Source: Felis catus
Lineage: Eukaryota
Assembly (NCBI RefSeq): GCF_018350175.1
Contig: NC_058368.1
Span: forward strand, 87,236,001-87,300,000
Direction of reading: 5' to 3'
Length of the DNA: 64,000 bases
Below, piece by piece: positions 38,391 to 52,100 of this stretch. Position 1 is the stretch's first letter, and each line of letters begins with the position of its first letter. A program made the position numbers and the translations under genes. The notes under the pieces were generated by a model. It made no database searches and was not told where the DNA came from. It saw only the letters and a program-made list of their open reading frames with translations.

Positions 38391-39617
38391 GCAGAACTCA
38401 GGAGGAGGGCATTATGGAAAGTTCCCAAACAGGTGACTCAGGTCTTCTTGAGGGGAAAACTGATTTCTGGGTTTCATGTAAAAATAGAAGTAGAGCAATT
38501 TCTTCATTTGGCCTGGACTCACAAAATTAAAACCATGAAATTGTAGAGAGGCAAGCATTGAGATAGTTGAATTTGCAACCTCTAGCATGGGAAAGAATGG
38601 ATTAAGAAAAAATATCTAGGAAACTTCTCGGGTCTGTCATTGTCATATTGAGACACCAAGAGAAACTTCACATTCCCCCTCTACTACCCAGTGTATAGTA
38701 CACCTTCTACATGGATGGTACCACATTGTGAGGCTGCTGTTCAGCCAGTCCAGCCAGGGCAAGTGAGCGAACAATGTCTATGCCCCTCCCCTGCCCATAT
38801 TCACCATACAGACATCTTTCCAGGGGCCAGGCCTCCTGCAGAACTCCCAAACAGAAATACATGGTAGGAATGTCAGCCTTCCATGCAATTGACAAAAACA
38901 ATTTGACTGCAACATTTTATTTAGCTCTTTAAATTGGCAGTGGCACTACCTATTTCATTAGGACAGGGATATCTGAGAAGTAACAAAAAATGAAATAGAT
39001 CTGATTTTATTGGGTCATATAGCTGCTCACTCCATATTGATTAGAACATACAATCTTGCATACAGCTAAGCATACAGCTTAGCTTATAATACTATGTATA
39101 AAGGAATTAACTTCTGGGTATGTTTTGACTTACTCAAGGCCACATTCCTAGTGGATAGTGGCTGCCCAAACTACAATCAGCTCTCTCAGACCTTTTTAAC
39201 TCACACTGTATTCGATCAAATAGCATGCAACTGGTACTCACTGAGGTGGAAGATAATTAATAATTAGATTCGAATCCTGACTTTTCCAGCTGCAAGTTAC
39301 AAATTTAAGCCCTATTTTCAAAGAATAAAACCGTGTTTGCTGAATACAATCCTGTCTTTTCATGGACTTTGGAAATACATAGTCTTATCTAAAACTGGAG
39401 ATAATTTTTGCGTTCGAACCTTAGCATGACACCTTTTTCCTTCTACAGTAACGGAGTTTGGAGTTTCTTCTTTGATTTTGCATTTCCCTTTATTAGAAGG
39501 GTAAGGTCCATCACAATAAAGTCTGTGATAGAAAAGGGATGTAAACTGATGCTCATATGCCTAATTATCTGACACCTAAACTATCTTTTCATATTTCAGG
39601 TATTATATGAATCTTTT

Positions 39618-39826
39618 TTTTTCAACGTTTATTTATTTTTTGGGACAGAGAGAGACAGAGCATGAACGGGCGAGGGGCAGACAGAGAGGGAGACACAGAA
39701 TCGGAAACAGGCTCCAGGCTCTGAGCCATCAGCCCAGAGCCCGACGCGGGGCTAGAACTCACGGACCGCGAGATCGTGACCTGGCTGAAGTCGGACTCTT
39801 AACCGACTGCGCCACTCAGGCGCCCC
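39618..39826 (-). mobile_element. CanSINE, young Felis-type
   Basis: Perfect TSD tatatgaatctttt at 39604-39617 and 39827-39840. Confidence 0.96.
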
Positions 39827-40438
39827 TATATGAATCTTTTAAATACACAATTAAGCACCCTGAAAATGGTAATAAGTTTTTATTCTTTACTCAGATAACA
39901 AATATTGCTAAAATTCTTCATTGTGCTAAAATTTCAGTTGGATTTGTGAATTTGTGTGTACTAAGTGTAGCTATATATTTTTATATTTTTTTCCTAGAAC
40001 TCTTGGCATGTATTATTTCTTAGTATCTGCTTATAAACACATTGAGATTCACATAAAGTAGCTTAACTTTGGGTATCAACAATTTTGATAGAGTATTATA
40101 ATTGTTAACGAGTCTTCTGAATTCCTGTGAAGTCTGCATCTTGGTGTTTGGATACATGTATTTGCAACTGTTTCTATCTGTTTCAGTTTAGGTATGTATG
40201 TGATATCTTGGCAATTAAGTACTTAGGATTCCCATTGTAGAATGTAAAATTCTTAAAGCCACAATCCTATACATATTTAGAACTTATAGAAATTTTAGAA
40301 ATAATTTGGTCCTTGAACAGTAATAGCAATAATGAAAAAATCAATCGGAGACTTGACTAATACCTGGCCCTTACATTTGGCCCTGACTTTCTTTGTAGGG
40401 AGACACAAAACATGGGCAAGTACCCATCATTTCCAGGC

Positions 40439-40514
40439 CAACAGTTCTCAAAGTACAATCCTAGACCCAGCACCATCAGCATCACCTGGGAATTTGTTAA
40501 AATGCCAAATTCTT
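40439..40514. mobile_element. MER5A left half
   Basis: gttctcaaagt...ccagcaccatcagcatcacctgggaatttgttaaaatgccaaattct. Confidence 0.8.
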
Positions 40515-41234
40515 TTTTTTTTCTATTACATGTGCCTTCACTTTTTCCAGCTTTATTGAGACATAACTGACATATAAGATTGTATAAGTTTAAGGTGTAC
40601 AACGTGATGATTTGACATATGTATGGACTGTTAAATGATAACCACAATGGGGTTGACTAGTACTTCCATCATGTCATATAATTAACTTTTGTGCATTTGT
40701 TTGGTAAGAACATTTAAATCCTACTCTCTTAGCATCTTTAAAGTATAATACAGTTTTGTTAACTATACTCACCATGCTCTATATTAGAGTCCCCAGAACT
40801 TACTCATCTTTTAACTGAAAGTTTGTACTTCTTGGCCAATATCTCTCCCTGGCCCCCCACCGCCCCCCCGGGCCCCTTGCTTTTTCTATGCCTTTGTTTC
40901 TATGAGTATGGATTGGGGGGGGGGGGCGGTCATTGCTTTTTAGAATCCACATATAAGTGAGATCATACATTGTATTTCTCTGCCTGATTTATTTCAAGTA
41001 GCGTAATGTTCTCAAGGTCCATCCATGTTGTCACAATGTCAGGATTTCCTTCTTTTTAATGGCTGAATAATACACCATTGTGTAATGTGTATATTTATAT
41101 ATTGTGTTCCAAATTTATGCCATTCATCCACTGATGGACACTTTGGTTGTTTCCATGTCTTGACTACTGTGAATAATGCTGAAATAAACAGGAACATGCA
41201 GGTATCTCTTTGAGCTAGTAGTTTAATTTCCTTC

Positions 41235-41236
<2 letters not shown>

Positions 41237-41272
<36 letters not shown>
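41237..41272. repeat. (TA)n microsatellite
   Basis: Direct inspection. Confidence 0.95.
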
Positions 41273-41274
<2 letters not shown>

Positions 41275-41316
41275 GTTTAATGGATCATATGACAGTTCTA
41301 TTTTTAAAAAATTGTA

Positions 41317-41535
41317 GGAACCCCTGAGTGGCTCAGTCAGTTAGGTATCCGACTTCATCTCAGGTCATGATCTCTCACAGTTTGTGGTTCAAGCCCTGTG
41401 TCAAGCTTTGTGCTGACAGCTCAGAGCATGGAGCCTGCTTCGGATTCTATGTCTCCTGCTTTCTGCCTCTCTCCCACTCATGCTCTGCCTGTCTCAAAAA
41501 TAAATAAATGTTTATAAAAAGGAATTTTAAAAAAA
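41317..41535 (+). mobile_element. CanSINE nested in L1
   Basis: Typical head, body and tail. Confidence 0.9.
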
Positions 41536-41806
41536 CATATACTATTTTCCATAGGAACTGATCAATTTCCATTCCCTCCTACAGTGCATAAACATTGCCT
41601 TTTCTCCACATCCTCACCAACACTTGTTACCTCTTGTCTCTGTGATTAGAGCCATTCTGACAGGTGTGGGGTGATATCTCATTGTGGTTTTGATTTGCAT
41701 TTCCTTGATGATTAGTGATGATGAGCACATTTCAACATACCTGTTGGCCATTTGAATGTCTTCTTGTGAAAAATGTCTATGCAGACCATAGCCCATATTT
41801 TAATCA

Positions 41807-41809
<3 letters not shown>

Positions 41810-41844
<35 letters not shown>
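41810..41844. repeat. (TG)n microsatellite
   Basis: Direct inspection. Confidence 0.95.
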
Positions 41845-41846
<2 letters not shown>

Positions 41847-42388
41847 CATTCTTTTTGGGGGGGGGGTTGTTTTTGCTATTCAGTTGTATTAATCCCTTAT
41901 ATATTTTGGATATCAACCCTTTGTCAGATATATGATTTGCAAGTATTTTTCCCATTCTGTAGATTGCCCTTTCATTTTGTTGATTTTTTTCTGTTATTGT
42001 GAAGAAGATTTTTGGTTTGGTGGAGTCCCACTTGTTGGTTTTGCCTTTGTTACTTATACTTTCAGTGACATATCTGAAAACATTGTTGTCAAGACCAATA
42101 TCAAGGAACTTTTTCCCTGTTTTCTCATAGAAGTTTTATAGTGTCAAGTCGTACACTTTATGTCCTTAATCCATTTCAAGTTAGTTTTCCTAAATGGTGT
42201 AAATTAGGGATCCAATTTTATTATTTTGCATATAATTATACAATTTTCCGACACCATTTATTGAAGAAACAATTTTTTTGCCTGCACTGAATATTCTCTG
42301 CTTCCTTGTCAACTATTAGTTGATTGTATATGCAAACATTTATTTCTGGGCTCTTGATTCTCTTCCATTGGACTGTATGTCTATTTTT

Positions 42389-42603
42389 TTAACTTTTTAA
42401 TGTTTATTCATTTTTGAGAGAGAGAAAGAAGCAGAGTACAAGTGGGGAAGGGGCAGAGAGAGAGGGAGACACAGAATCCAAAGCAGGCTCCAGACTCCGA
42501 GCTGTCAGCATGGAACCCGATGTGGGGCTCAAACTCACAAACAGTGAGATCATGACCTGAGCTGAAGTCAGACATCCAACCGACTGAGCCACCCAGGCAC
42601 CCC
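42389..42603 (-). mobile_element. CanSINE nested in L1
   Basis: TSD gtatgtc(t/c)attttt at 42375-42388 and 42604-42617. Confidence 0.94.
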
Positions 42604-42889
42604 GTATGTCCATTTTTCTTTAACAGTGCCATACCATTTTGATTACTATAGCTTTGTAATATAGTTTAAAACCAGGAAGTGTGTTGCTTCCAGCTTTGTT
42701 CCTCTTCCTTAAGATTCCTTTAGCTATTCATGGTCTTTTGTGCTCCAATATAAATTTTAGGATGGTTTGTTTTGTGTGAAATTCCATTGGAATTTTAATA
42801 GGGATTGCATGAAATCTGTAGATGGTTTGGGGTAGTATGAAAATTTCAACAATACTAATTCTTCCAATCCGTGAACAATGAAAGATACC

Positions 42890-42962
42890 ATGGGGTACCT
42901 TTCCATTGTATCTTCTTCAATTGTACCCAATGGGGTACCTTTCCATTGTATCTTCTTCAATT
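42890..42962. repeat. Direct duplication, 33-bp identical unit, 40-bp period
   Basis: atggggtacctttccattgtatcttcttcaatt at 42890-42922 and 42930-42962. Confidence 0.97.
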
Positions 42963-43146
42963 TTTTTATAAAAGTCTTTTGGTTTCGATATACAAATCAT
43001 TCACCTTCTTGGTTACATTTACTCTTCAGAATTTTATTGTTGTTAATGCTATTTTATTTATTTTTAAGAGATTTTATTGTTAGTATATAGAAATGCACCT
43101 GATTTCTGTATGTTGATTTTGTATCTTACAACTTCATGATAAAATT

Positions 43147-43248
43147 CCAAATTCTTGAGCTAAATGAGAAATTCTGGGTGGGTCCCAACCATCTGTTTTA
43201 ATAGAGCCTCCAGGTGATGCCTATGCATGCCAAGTTTGAGAACCACTG
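43147..43248. mobile_element. MER5A right half
   Basis: tctgggtgggtcccaaccatctgttttaa...ctccaggtgatg...aagtttgagaaccactg. Confidence 0.82.
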
Positions 43249-43744
43249 CTGTATGCTTACATCTCTTTATATTTAAAGTTCCCTTTAAAGAAACTTCTAA
43301 TGTTTGAGTAATAATCTAAAGATATTAAACAAAGATATATATTGGATCAATTAAACAGTTTGTATTGGAAAATTTTATTATCCATGTGAAATTTTTATGT
43401 GGTTTAAAGTAGAGAGTGTTTTTTAAATCAACAATAAGTTCAAAGTTTCCTAAGGATATTTCAGGAGAATTTTAATGATATCAATTAATATAGTGAGCTA
43501 TAAATGCTTCTACTTACTTTTTTTTTGAGATGCCCCTGAAGATAGTAAGACTTTGAAGCAACTAACAAAGAGAATAATCTACATTACCTCATGCCTATAC
43601 CTGGAAAACCTGGTTAGTTGAGAGGGAAGGCAATCAGGAGAAGGTAATAGGAGCCATCTTGCTCAGGATGGAATATCTTTAAGAGAGAGAAGAATATTGT
43701 GAAACACCTAAATTAGCCAACATTTTTTGGTGTTTTGCTGTAAA

Positions 43745-43975
43745 ACCTTAGAATAAGACCAACTGGGGCTTCAATTCCAACTTTGCTTCTTAATAGCTTT
43801 ATAATTTTGATGAATTGTCTAACCTCCTTAAGCTTCCATTTTTCATCAGTAAAATGGAAACATGAATAATGTTTACTTCAAATGATTTTCATGATGATGC
43901 AATGAAAAAACAATTAAATGTAAAATGTTTCTCACAATGCTGATACATAGTGAAAACTCCATAGACAGTAGTTAT
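43745..43975 (+). mobile_element. MIR
   Basis: ttcaattcc...taacctccttaagcttccatttttcatcagtaaaatgg...acatagtgaa. Confidence 0.7.
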
Positions 43976-44449
43976 AAATCACTGCTAAATCAGTTTGTGC
44001 TTTGGTCTGGGAACATCTTCAGAACCAAAAAGTTGATAAAAGTGGACCAAGCCATGTATTTTCTCGCACAGTTCTTAGTGGGGAAAACGAGTTCAAAGCA
44101 CTTTGAAGAAGATGTTCAAGATGGTACCTAGAAAAAAGAATGGAATATTATTTTCTTTGATGACTCGTGAGTAGATCATTAACATTGATTTTGTGGAATT
44201 ATTGGCAATCATAGTCTTTTTCATCTTTTTTGCCTCTGTAATACCATTCTGATTCAATCCACCCCACAAATCTACTTCCCATTCCCCCTTTTCTTTTCAT
44301 TTGCTCTTCATAGGTTCTCTTGGGAGAGTGGGTAAAGAAATAGAGGTAACATGTATTTGAAAGTCTATATTTACCATTTTCATAGGAATGTATCATACAT
44401 CAAGAAATATGCTTACATCAAAAAGTGGACATACCCATGAAGCCACCAA

Positions 44450-44545
44450 AGGGAAGAAAGAATGAAAAAGAAAGTAATGAAGAGGAAAGAAAGAAAGAAG
44501 AAAGAAGAAAGAAAGAGAGAAAGAAAGAAAGAAAGAGAGAAAGAA
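44450..44545. repeat. GAAA/purine-rich low-complexity repeat
   Basis: Direct inspection. Confidence 0.9.
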
Positions 44546-44832
44546 GGAACAATCAACAAAACTAAAAGGCAACTGACGGAATGGGAAAAAATATTTGCAA
44601 ATGACATATCAGACAAAGGGCTAGTATCCAAAACCTATAAAGAACCTTCTGAAATCCACACCTGAAAAACAAATAATCCAGCGAAGAAATGGGAAGAAAA
44701 CATGAATACACACTTCTGTAAAGAAGACATCCATATAGCCAACAGGCACATGAAAAGATGTTCAACATCACTCTTCATCAGGGACATACAAATCAAAACC
44801 ACACTGAGATATCACCTCACGCTGGTCAGAGT
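44545..44832 (+). mobile_element. LINE-1 ORF2 C-terminal fragment
   Basis: [40 protein letters not shown]. Confidence 0.9.
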
Positions 44833-44890
44833 AAGTTATAAGTTACCCAGTCTGTGGTATTTTGTTATATCAGACCGAATGGACTAAGAC
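44833..44890 (+). mobile_element. MaLR (MST/MLT1A-like) LTR 3' terminus fragment
   Basis: ataagttacccagtctgtggtattttgttat...aatggactaagaca. Confidence 0.65.
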
Positions 44891-46420
44891 ATACAGTATG
44901 CCAAAACTTATGAGATATAGCAAAAGCAGTTATAAGGGGCAAATTTATGGCAATAAACACCTATATTTAAAAAGAAGAAAGATCTCAAAGCTAAAGGTAT
45001 TAGGAAAAGAAGAACTAAATCCAAAGTTACCAGAAAGGAGAAAATAATAAATATTATAGCAGGAAAAGTCAAAGAGCGAATAAAAACAATATATTCACTA
45101 GGAAAAAAGCAGAAAACTCAAATAAATAAAATCAGAAATGAAAGAGGATATGTTATAATGGTAAGCTTAGAAATTTTAAAAAAAGAGTATAATAGACAAT
45201 TGTGAACAATTATAAGCTTCAAAATAGATGACCTAGAAGAAAATAATAAATCCTTAAAAGCATATAATCTACAAAGACTGGATCCAGAAGAAATAGAAAG
45301 CCTGAATAGATCAATAATGAAGGAGATTGAATCAGTAATAGAAAACCTCCCAAGAAAGGAAATCCCAGGACCTAATGGTTTTCCAAGTGAATACTGCCAA
45401 ACATTCACAAGAGAATTTGTACCAGTTTTTCTTAAACACTTCCCAAAAATAGAAGAGAGAACACTTCCAAACTTATTTTGTGAGGCCAGCATCATCCTGA
45501 TATCAAAATAAGGCACTCAAATGGCAAACAGACACAAAAAAATGTTAAACATCACTAAACATCAAAATACAAATCAAAACCACAATGAGATATCACCTCA
45601 CAACTGTTCAGATGGCTATTATAAAAATTACAAGGGATAACAAATAGAGAATCCTTGTACAGTTGGTGGGACTATAACTTGATAATCTTTATGGAAAACA
45701 CTAAAATCTTCTAAAAAAATGGACTCAATATAGAGAAGAAACTGAGGGTTATTGGAGGGGACGTAGGTGGGAGATGGGTATTAAGGAGCACAGTCATGAT
45801 GAGCACTAGGTGTTGTATGGAAGTGTTGAATCACTAAGTTGTACACCTGAAACTAATATTACACTGTATGTTAACTAACTTGAATTTAAATAAAAGCAGT
45901 ATGAATCTTCCTCAAAAAAAAAAAAACCTAAAAATATAACTACCACATAATTCATCAATTCAAACTTTGAGTACATATCCAAAGAAAATAAGATCATTAC
46001 CTTGAAGAAATATTTTCAGTCCTATGCTAATTGCAGGATTGTTCACAGTAACCAAGATATGGAAACAATTTAATGAATAAATGAAGGAAGAAAATGTGAT
46101 ATACATGTACAATAGAATATCATTCAGCCTTAAGATAAAAAGAAATCCTACCACTTGTAACAACATGGATGAACCTAGAGGATGTTATGTTATGCTAAGT
46201 GAAATAATCCAGACATGGTAAAACAAATACTGCATGATCTCACTTATATGTGGAATCGAAAATAATAAAACTTATAGAGGCAGAGAATAGAATGGTGATT
46301 TACAAGAGCAGGGGGAGGCAGAAATAGTGAAATGTTGGTCAAAAGGTACAAACCTTTAGTTATGAGTAAGCTCAGGAAATCAAATATTCAGCATTCAGAT
46401 TATAATTAACAATATTATCT
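44891..46420 (+). mobile_element. Internally deleted old LINE-1 (ORF2 pieces and 3' end), with a nested L1 3'UTR fragment at ~45720-45895
   Basis: KEIESVIENLPRKEIPGPNGF; jump at ~45515 to ORF2 C-terminus and 3'UTR motifs. Confidence 0.82.
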
Positions 46421-46429
46421 TGTAGAATC

Positions 46430-49150
46430 ACGGTGGTATAAGATGTCCTTGTTTTGTTCCCCATTAATATCAAAATTTTGGTAATTATGAACAAAAATGA
46501 CCCTGTAGGACCTGTGAGATCTAACACCATAGGCCAGGGGACTCAGTGGGAGTCTCACCCCTGTGCATTAGGTAATAGGCAGACAGATCTCAGCATGGGC
46601 TGTGTAACTGGTAGGAGCCTATGAACCAATCTGAGGCACCTTCAGCCACATCTCCTGGAAAATGCTGAATTGGACAGATACACATGGTTGAGTGAGCCTT
46701 TGTAGAATTCCAGGTTTCTAGAGAAGTTCCAGTATTCCAGTGGAGCAAAAAACATGTGAACTTGAATGCATTCAGGTTGGTAAGACGAACTTTGTATTAC
46801 CCCCTACCACCACCACCTTGGCAGTATAAAGAAAGAGGAAGCTAAGGAGCTCTCCCACAGGGAAAAGGGAGAACAGTAAGTGCCCACTTCACCAGCTGTG
46901 TGAACAATGCAAAAGAAAGTCATTTTTTCCCCATAGTACCCAGAGTGTTAACATAAGAACTGGGAGGAGACAGATCAGGACAATAGCAGATAAGAATACC
47001 AGAGGGCATAAAGGCAATGTGGTTTCCACTGACTGGAGGATCCCAAGGATTCTTCCCAACTAGTCAAAGGTACACCCAATGCCCCAAGTGCCAAACCCAC
47101 ACTTCTTCCCACTCTGCAGCCAGCTGCTTGTGCCAACTTCTGAGAGTGGCAGACAGAAAGTCCAAGCAGAAAACAAACCAGGCTGTGTGAGCAAGGGAGA
47201 AACCACAATCTTGACCTATATCACCACCTGCAGGAAAACCAGAAGGAAGGTTCTGGCAGCCAGCCTACTGAGACTAAGATTGAGAGAAGAAAACATAAGC
47301 TTACTAATCATGCCAAAAAAGTAAAGAGGAAATGTGGAGCTGGTATAAAGTCAGAGAAAATCTCAAATATAAACAGGACAAACAAAATATCTCTCTAGCT
47401 GAAGGCAGCTAGGGAAAATTAGGGGAGATGACTGCTACCTCAAATGTGAAAAGAGCAATACAAACCTCCAAAGAACATGAAGAATCAAGAAAATATAATA
47501 TCGCCAAAAGTTGATAATAATAATGCAATAACTAAACAGAAAAAGTCCTTCTGGGTGCCTGGTTGACTCAGTCAGAAGAGCATGTGACTCTTGATCTTGA
47601 GATCATGAGTTCAAGTCTCACATTGGACAGAGAGATTACTTAAGATAAATAAATAAATAAATAAATCCTGATATTTAACCAATAAAGAATTCAAAGTAGT
47701 TCTTCAGAGGAAACTCAGTGAGCCACAAGGAAACACATATATTTAACAAAACAGGAAAACAATATGCAAACCAAAAGAGAAATATGACAAAAAGGTAGAA
47801 ATCAATAAAAAAAAAGAACTAAACAAATTCTGGAGCTAAAGTATTCAGTGAATAAAATGAAGACTACAATGGAAAACATCAACAACAGAAACTATCAGGA
47901 ATAAGACAGATCAGTGAGTTAGAGGATGGAAACTTTGAAATAACCCAGTCAGAGAATGAGGGGAAAAAATGAAAAAGAGCAAAGCATCTTGGTAAAGTAT
48001 GAGATACCATCAAAAGAACCAATTCCAGAGTCATTAGAATTTCAGAAGGAGTGGGAGAAGGGAACAAAAAGTTTATTGAAAGAAATAATGGCTAAAAGCT
48101 TCCCAAACCTGGAGAGAAAACTGGACATATGAGCTTATGAAATTATAGACCACCTAATTATTTCATATCCAAACAATCTTCTCATCTTCTCCAAGACACA
48201 TTATAATGAAACTGTCAAAAAATCAAAGACAAGAAGAGAACCCTAAAGCAAGCATCGACCTACCATCAGCTTTCTCAGCAGAAATCTGACAAGGCAGGAG
48301 AGAGTGGGACAATGTATTCAAAGTGATGAAGAAAACAAAATCTAGTATAAAATACTCTGACAAAGTTATCTTTCAGAAATGAAGAAACAATAAAAGCATT
48401 CCCAGAAAACAACAGTTGAGAGAGTTCATCACTGTTTGACTTTCTCTATAAGAAATGCTGAAAGGAATTCTTCAAGCTAAAATAAAAAGAAGCTATTTAG
48501 TAACATGAAAACGTACCAAAAAAAGAAAACAAAACAAACAAACAAACAAAAAACATATAGCACACTGGTAAAGGTAAATAAATTAAGAAAACTTTAACTC
48601 TGTAATATGATGATATGTTAATCACTTAACTATATTATAAAGGTTAGAGGAAAAGAGCACAAAAAATAACTATAGACACTATATTTTCTTAACAAATACA
48701 CAGAATAAAAAAGAGTTAAACTGAGCCACTAAAAACATAACATAGGAGAGACATCTAGAGTTTTAGTTAAAAAAAATCAAAGTAGCTATCAGTGTACTAT
48801 GGATTGTTATATCATTAGAATATTTTATGTAAGGCACACGGTAACCAAAAAGGAAAAACCTAGAGTTAATTCAAAAATATAAAGACAGGAAATTACAGTA
48901 TACCACAATAAAAGGTCATCAATCTACAATAGTCGGCGGTATGGGGGGGGGGGGGGGGAGTAGGACTTACAAAATGGCCAGAAAGCAATTAAGAAGGTGG
49001 AATTAGTAGGTTCTTACATATCAATAATACTATAAATGTAAACGGATTGAATTTTCCAATCAAAAGTCACAGAGTGGCTGAATGGATTTTAAAAAGAGTC
49101 AAATATATGCTGCCTCTAAGACAGTCACTTAAGATTTAGGTACACACATT
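46430..49150 (+). mobile_element. Old LINE-1 5' region: probable 5'UTR, ORF1 remnant (~47440-48510) and ORF2 start
   Basis: ORF1-like aaagaaataatggctaaaagcttcccaaacctgg, ccaagacacattata, ttctcagcagaa; EN start aaatgtaaacggattgaattttccaatcaaaag. The 5'UTR boundary is uncertain. A short SINE lies at ~47550-47665. Confidence 0.75.
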
Positions 49151-52100
49151 AAGCAGATCAACTCAAACTGAGAGTTGGTTCTTTGAGAGAATTAACAAAA
49201 TTGATAAACCCCTAGCCAAACTTATCAAGAAGGAAAAAGAAAGGACACAAAGATATAAAATCACGCAAGACAGAGGAGAGATTACAATTAACACCACAGA
49301 AATACAAACAATTATAAAATAATATTATTAAAAATTATATGTCAACAAATTGGGCAATATGGAAGAAATGGAAAAATTCCTAGAAACTCAGACACAACCA
49401 ACACTGAAACAAGAAGAAGTAGAAAATTTGAACAGACCCATAATCAGAAAAGAAATTGAATCGATTATCAAAAATCTCCTAAAAAACAAGAGTCTTGGAC
49501 CAGATGGCTTCCCAGGGGAATTCTACTAAATAATTAAAGAAGAGTTAATATTTAGTCCTTTCAAATTGGTCCAAAAAATAGAAATAGAAGGACAACTTCC
49601 AAACCCATTCTATGAAGCCAGAATTACCTTGATTCCAAAACTAAAGACCCCAATAAGAAGGAGAATTACAGGCCAATATCCCTGATAAACATGGATGCAA
49701 AAATTCTCAACAAGATATTAGCAAATTGAATTAAACAGTACATTAAAAGAATTATTCACCATGATCAAGTGGGATTTATTCCTGGGCTGCAGGGCTGGTT
49801 CAATATTTGCAAATCAATGTCATACACCACATTAATAAAAGATAAGAATCATATGATCTTCCCAATGCATCTAAAAAATTTGACAAAATATAGCATCCAT
49901 TCTTAATAAAAACTCTCAACAAAGTAGGGATAGAAGGAACATACCTCAGCATCATAAAAGCTGTATATGTAAGGCCTGTAGCTAAAATCATCCTCAATGG
50001 GGAAAACCTGAGAGCCTTTCCCCTAAGGTCAGTAATGGACAAAAATATCCACTCTCACCATAACTGTTTAACATCGTGCCAGAAGTCTTAGCCTCAATCA
50101 AACAACAAGAGGAAATAAAAGGCATCCAAATCAGCAAGGAAGATGTCAAACTTTTACTATCTGCAGACAACATGATAGTCTATGTAGAAAATCCAAAAGA
50201 CCGCACCAAAAAAAAAATGCTAGAATTAATACAAGAAATCAACAAAGTCACAGTATATAAAATCAATGTGCAGAAATCTGTTGCATTTCTATACACCAAA
50301 ACAAAGGAGCAAAAAGAGAAATCACGGAATGAATCCCATTTGCAATTGCACCAAAAACAATAAGATACCTAGGAATAAACCTAATAAAGGAGGTAAAAGA
50401 TCTATTACTCTGAAAACTGTAGAAAACTTGGCAAAGAAATTGAAGACAGAAAGTAATGGTAAAGCATCCCATTCTCAAGGACTGAAAGAGCAAATATTGT
50501 TAAAATGTCTATACTACCCAAAGCAATCTACACATTCAATGCAATCCTTAGCAAAATAACAACTACATTTTTCTCAGAGCTCCAACAAAAAACCCTAAAA
50601 TTTCTATGGAACCACAAAAGATCCCAAATAGCCAAAGCAGTCCTGAAAAAGAAAAACAAAACTGGAGGCATCACAATTCCGGTTTTCAAGCTATATTTCA
50701 AAGCTGTAGTCATCGTAACAATATGGCACAATCACAGACACATAGATGAATGGAACAGATAGAAAACCCAGAAATGGACCCACAAACATATGGTCAACTA
50801 ATTTTTGACAAAGCAGGAAAGAGTATCCAATGGAAAAAGACAGTCTCTTCAACAAATGGTGCTGGGAAAACTGGTTAGCAATGTGCAGAAGAATGAAACT
50901 GGACCACTTTCTTACACCATACAGAAAAGTAACTTCAAAACGGATGAAAGACCTAAATGTGAGACAGGAAATCATCAAAATCCTAGAGGAGAACACAGGC
51001 AGCAACCTCTTTGACCTCAGCTACAGCAACTTCTTCTTAGACACGTTGCTGAAGGCAAGGGAAATAAAAGCAGACATGAACTATTGGGACTTCATCAAAA
51101 TAAAAAGCTTCTGCTCAGTGAAGGAAACAATCAACAAAACTAAAAGACAACCAATGGAATTGGAGAAGATATTTGCAAATCACATACCTGAAAAAGTGTT
51201 AGTATCCAAAATCTATAAAGAACTTATCAAACTCAGCACCCAAAAAACAAATAACCCAGTTAAGATGTAACCAAAAGTCATGAATAGATACTTTTCAAAG
51301 AAGACAGACGTATGACTAACAGACATATGAAAAGATGCTCAATTTCACTCATCATCACGGGAAAACAAATCAAAACCACAATAAGATACCACCTCACACC
51401 TGTCAAAATGGCTAAAATTAACAACACAAGAAACAACAGATGTTGGCAAGGACGCAGAAAAAGGGGAACACTTTTGAACTGCCCGTAGGAGTACAAGCTG
51501 GCGCAGCCACTCCAGAAAACAGTATGGAAGATCCTCAACAAAACCAAAAATAAAACTACTTTGCAATCCAGGGGCGCCTAGGTCTCAGTCGGTTAAGCCT
51601 CCAACTTTGGCTCCGGTCATGATCTCGTGGTTTATGTGTTTGAACCCCGCATCGGGCTCTGTGCCGACAGCTCAGAGCCTGGACCCTGCTTGGGATTCTG
51701 TGTCTCCCTCTCTCTGCCCCTCTCCCCTCACACTCCTCTCTCTCCTTCAAAAATAAACAAACATCAAATTTTTTTTAAAGAACTACCTTACAATCCAGCA
51801 ATTGCACTATTGATTGTTAACCCAAAGGATACAAAAACACAGATTTGAAGGGGCACGTGTACCCTAATGTTTATAGCATTATCAACAATAGCCAAACTAT
51901 GGAGAGAGCCCAAATAACCGAAGAATGGATAAAAATGTGGTATATATACACAATGAAATCTTGCCATTTGTCATGACATGGATGGAGCTAGAGAGTATTA
52001 TGCTAAGTGAAATAAATCAGTCAGAGAAAGACAAATACCATATGATTTCGCTCATATGTGTAATTTAAGAAGCAAAACAGATGAACACATAAGAAGGGAG

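Larger units (their letters stand above)
40515..43146 (-). mobile_element. 5'-truncated LINE-1 (L1MA-like) inserted into MER5A
   Basis: 3' end cagctttattgagacataactgaca; ORF2 remnants [16 protein letters not shown] ccaaattctt at 40505-40514 and 43147-43156. Confidence 0.92.
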
